DNA of 60,887 nucleotides, filler included. It is 5 parts of 5 records of this genome, joined end to end, with 100 filler letters (N's around TTAATTAATTAA, not from the genome) between each part and the next. Parts side by side here need not be neighbours in the genome. Positions count along the whole stretch, not along the records: positions 54,189 to 60,887 come from SRR31156797_23905; 4 more parts are not named here. One strand, 5' to 3'. The position numbers were made by a program, and so were the translations under genes. Positions 59,878 to 60,887 of this stretch are shown here, in pieces. Below the pieces are notes generated by a model. That model searched no databases. It was not told the DNA's origin and saw only the letters and a list, made by a program, of their open reading frames with translations. Position 1 is the first letter of the stretch. Each line of letters starts with the position of its first letter.

Positions 59878-60528
59878 TCACATACAAAGATAGGGAGCCA
59901 TGATCTTTTCCAACCGGAGCTGGATCTCCTCAAACTCCTCCCGGGTCGCGTCCGCGTCCACCCTTACCATTCCCAGGAAACGGATCGTAACCTTTGAGAG
60001 GGGCTTGGGAATAAAAAACCGGTCCCAGGAGTTAAAGAACCAGGCGTCCTCCGGGGTCACGACACAGGGAACAATCACGGCGCCCGAACGCTGGGCCATG
60101 CGCACGGTGCCGGGCTTGACTTTACCGATGGGCCCCCTGGGGCCGTCGATGATATTGGCCCCCACGCAGTTGTTCTCCAGCGCCCCGATCATCTCCTCCA
60201 TGGCATCCTTGCCTCCCCTGGAGGAAGAGCCCCGGGCCACATGCCACCCGGTGAGGTTTGCCACCGGAGCGATAATGTCGCCGTCCCTGCTCTGGCTGAT
60301 CATGATGCAGGGATTAAACCGCTTATAGGTCTTGAAGTGGCGGATGAGGGGAAAGAACTGCTGGTGAAAGGTACACAGAAGAACCGACCCTCCCTTTTCC
60401 ACATGTTGTTGCCAGGCGGCCTCATTCTTGATCCTGATGCGCAGAAACAGGGAATAGAACCGTATAAAAACAAAAATAGAAAAAACAAACCCCCTGGATC
60501 CCAGCAGCTTCCTTACCGATTTTTTCAC
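59878..60528 (-). CDS. DUF374 / lysophospholipid acyltransferase family protein
   Basis: FHQ, MISQSRDGDII, RGSSSRGG, DGPRGP, SWDRF.IPKP. Confidence 0.9.
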   Translation of the reverse strand: MKKSVRKLLGSRGFVFSIFVFIRFYSLFLRIRIKNEAAWQQHVEKGGSVLLCTFHQQFFPLIRHFKTYKRFNPCIMISQSRDGDIIAPVANLTGWHVARGSSSRGGKDAMEEMIGALENNCVGANIIDGPRGPIGKVKPGTVRMAQRSGAVIVPCVVTPEDAWFFNSWDRFFIPKPLSKVTIRFLGMVRVDADATREEFEEIQLRLEKIMAPYLCM

Positions 60529-60674
60529 CTCTATTCATCCCCTTTTCAAACAGGCCCGGGCCCACGAAAACACGGACATCCTTTTTTCCATGCGACCCTG
60601 TCAAGCCCTACGTAAAAAATTCTTCTTGCATATCAAATCCCGGGGCAAATCGCAAAACCTTTTAATATAGGACG

Positions 60675-60887
60675 GGGGACAGGCTTAGCTTATTGACTTA
60701 ATGGCTCGCTTCGTTGAGTGAAGCCACAATAAACCCCTTAATATCGGGGTCAGGCTTAACTTATTTGCGCTATTACCCATTTCTTTGAGTGCAGTCGCAA
60801 TAAGCTTCTAAAAACCGGGGTCAGACTTAGCTTATTGGCGTTAGCTCCCAGCTCTTCGAGTTTAGTCGCAATAAGCTAAGTCTGACC
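60675..60887. repeat. Three tandem 71-bp REP/MITE-like units
   Basis: Units start GGGGWCAGRCTTARCTTATT at 60675, 60746 and 60817. The third has 19-bp perfect terminal inverted repeats GGTCAGACTTAGCTTATTG...CAATAAGCTAAGTCTGACC. Confidence 0.8.

Noticed and set aside
60675-60887. CRISPR array
   Set aside because: The would-be spacers are similar to each other, the repeats are degenerate, the last unit has terminal inverted repeats, and no cas genes are present.
1-60887. tRNA, rRNA, integrase, transposase or phage genes
   Set aside because: None recognised in any contig.

Overview
The window is not one locus. It is five unrelated contigs joined by 100-nt artificial linkers (N44-TTAATTAATTAA-N44 at 18742-18841, 36802-36901, 46597-46696, 54089-54188). 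(1) 1-18741 is Desulfovibrionaceae-like chromosome: TetR plus efflux membrane-fusion protein, CHASE/PAS kinase plus HD-GYP regulator, nhaA, fur, hisI-hisG, a small accessory stretch (Cys-rich secreted protein, unannotated 51-aa membrane peptide, candidate sRNA), MerR-like HTH, glnA, a FliG_C protein with MotA-like repeats, CMD/LysR, TPR lipoprotein and partial gyrA. (2) 18842-36801 holds two translationally coupled giant Sec-exported proteins: a 2722-aa Ig-repeat/beta-helix protein and a >3139-aa protein with discoidin/Ig stalk, an HF-T candidate autoproteolysis motif, DUF6531 and an RHS/YD shell, cut off at the RHS core. This is the best candidate for an undescribed system. (3) 36902-46596 is Bacteroidota: partial ALDH, ModE-like wHTH, lipoprotein, MFS, metallophosphoesterase, TPR hybrid kinase, T9SS cargo, rnr. 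(4) 46697-54088 is Desulfobacterales-like: an unusual 5'-open glycyl radical enzyme (GCVEW/RVSGY) plus TauE, and an MFS/XRE-cupin/cyclase/BKACE catabolic module. (5) 54189-60887 is Desulfobacteraceae-like: DUF374, resB-ccsB, qrcABC, ending in a 71-bp REP/MITE-like array. Taxon and family calls come from recognising motifs by eye; no database searches were run.
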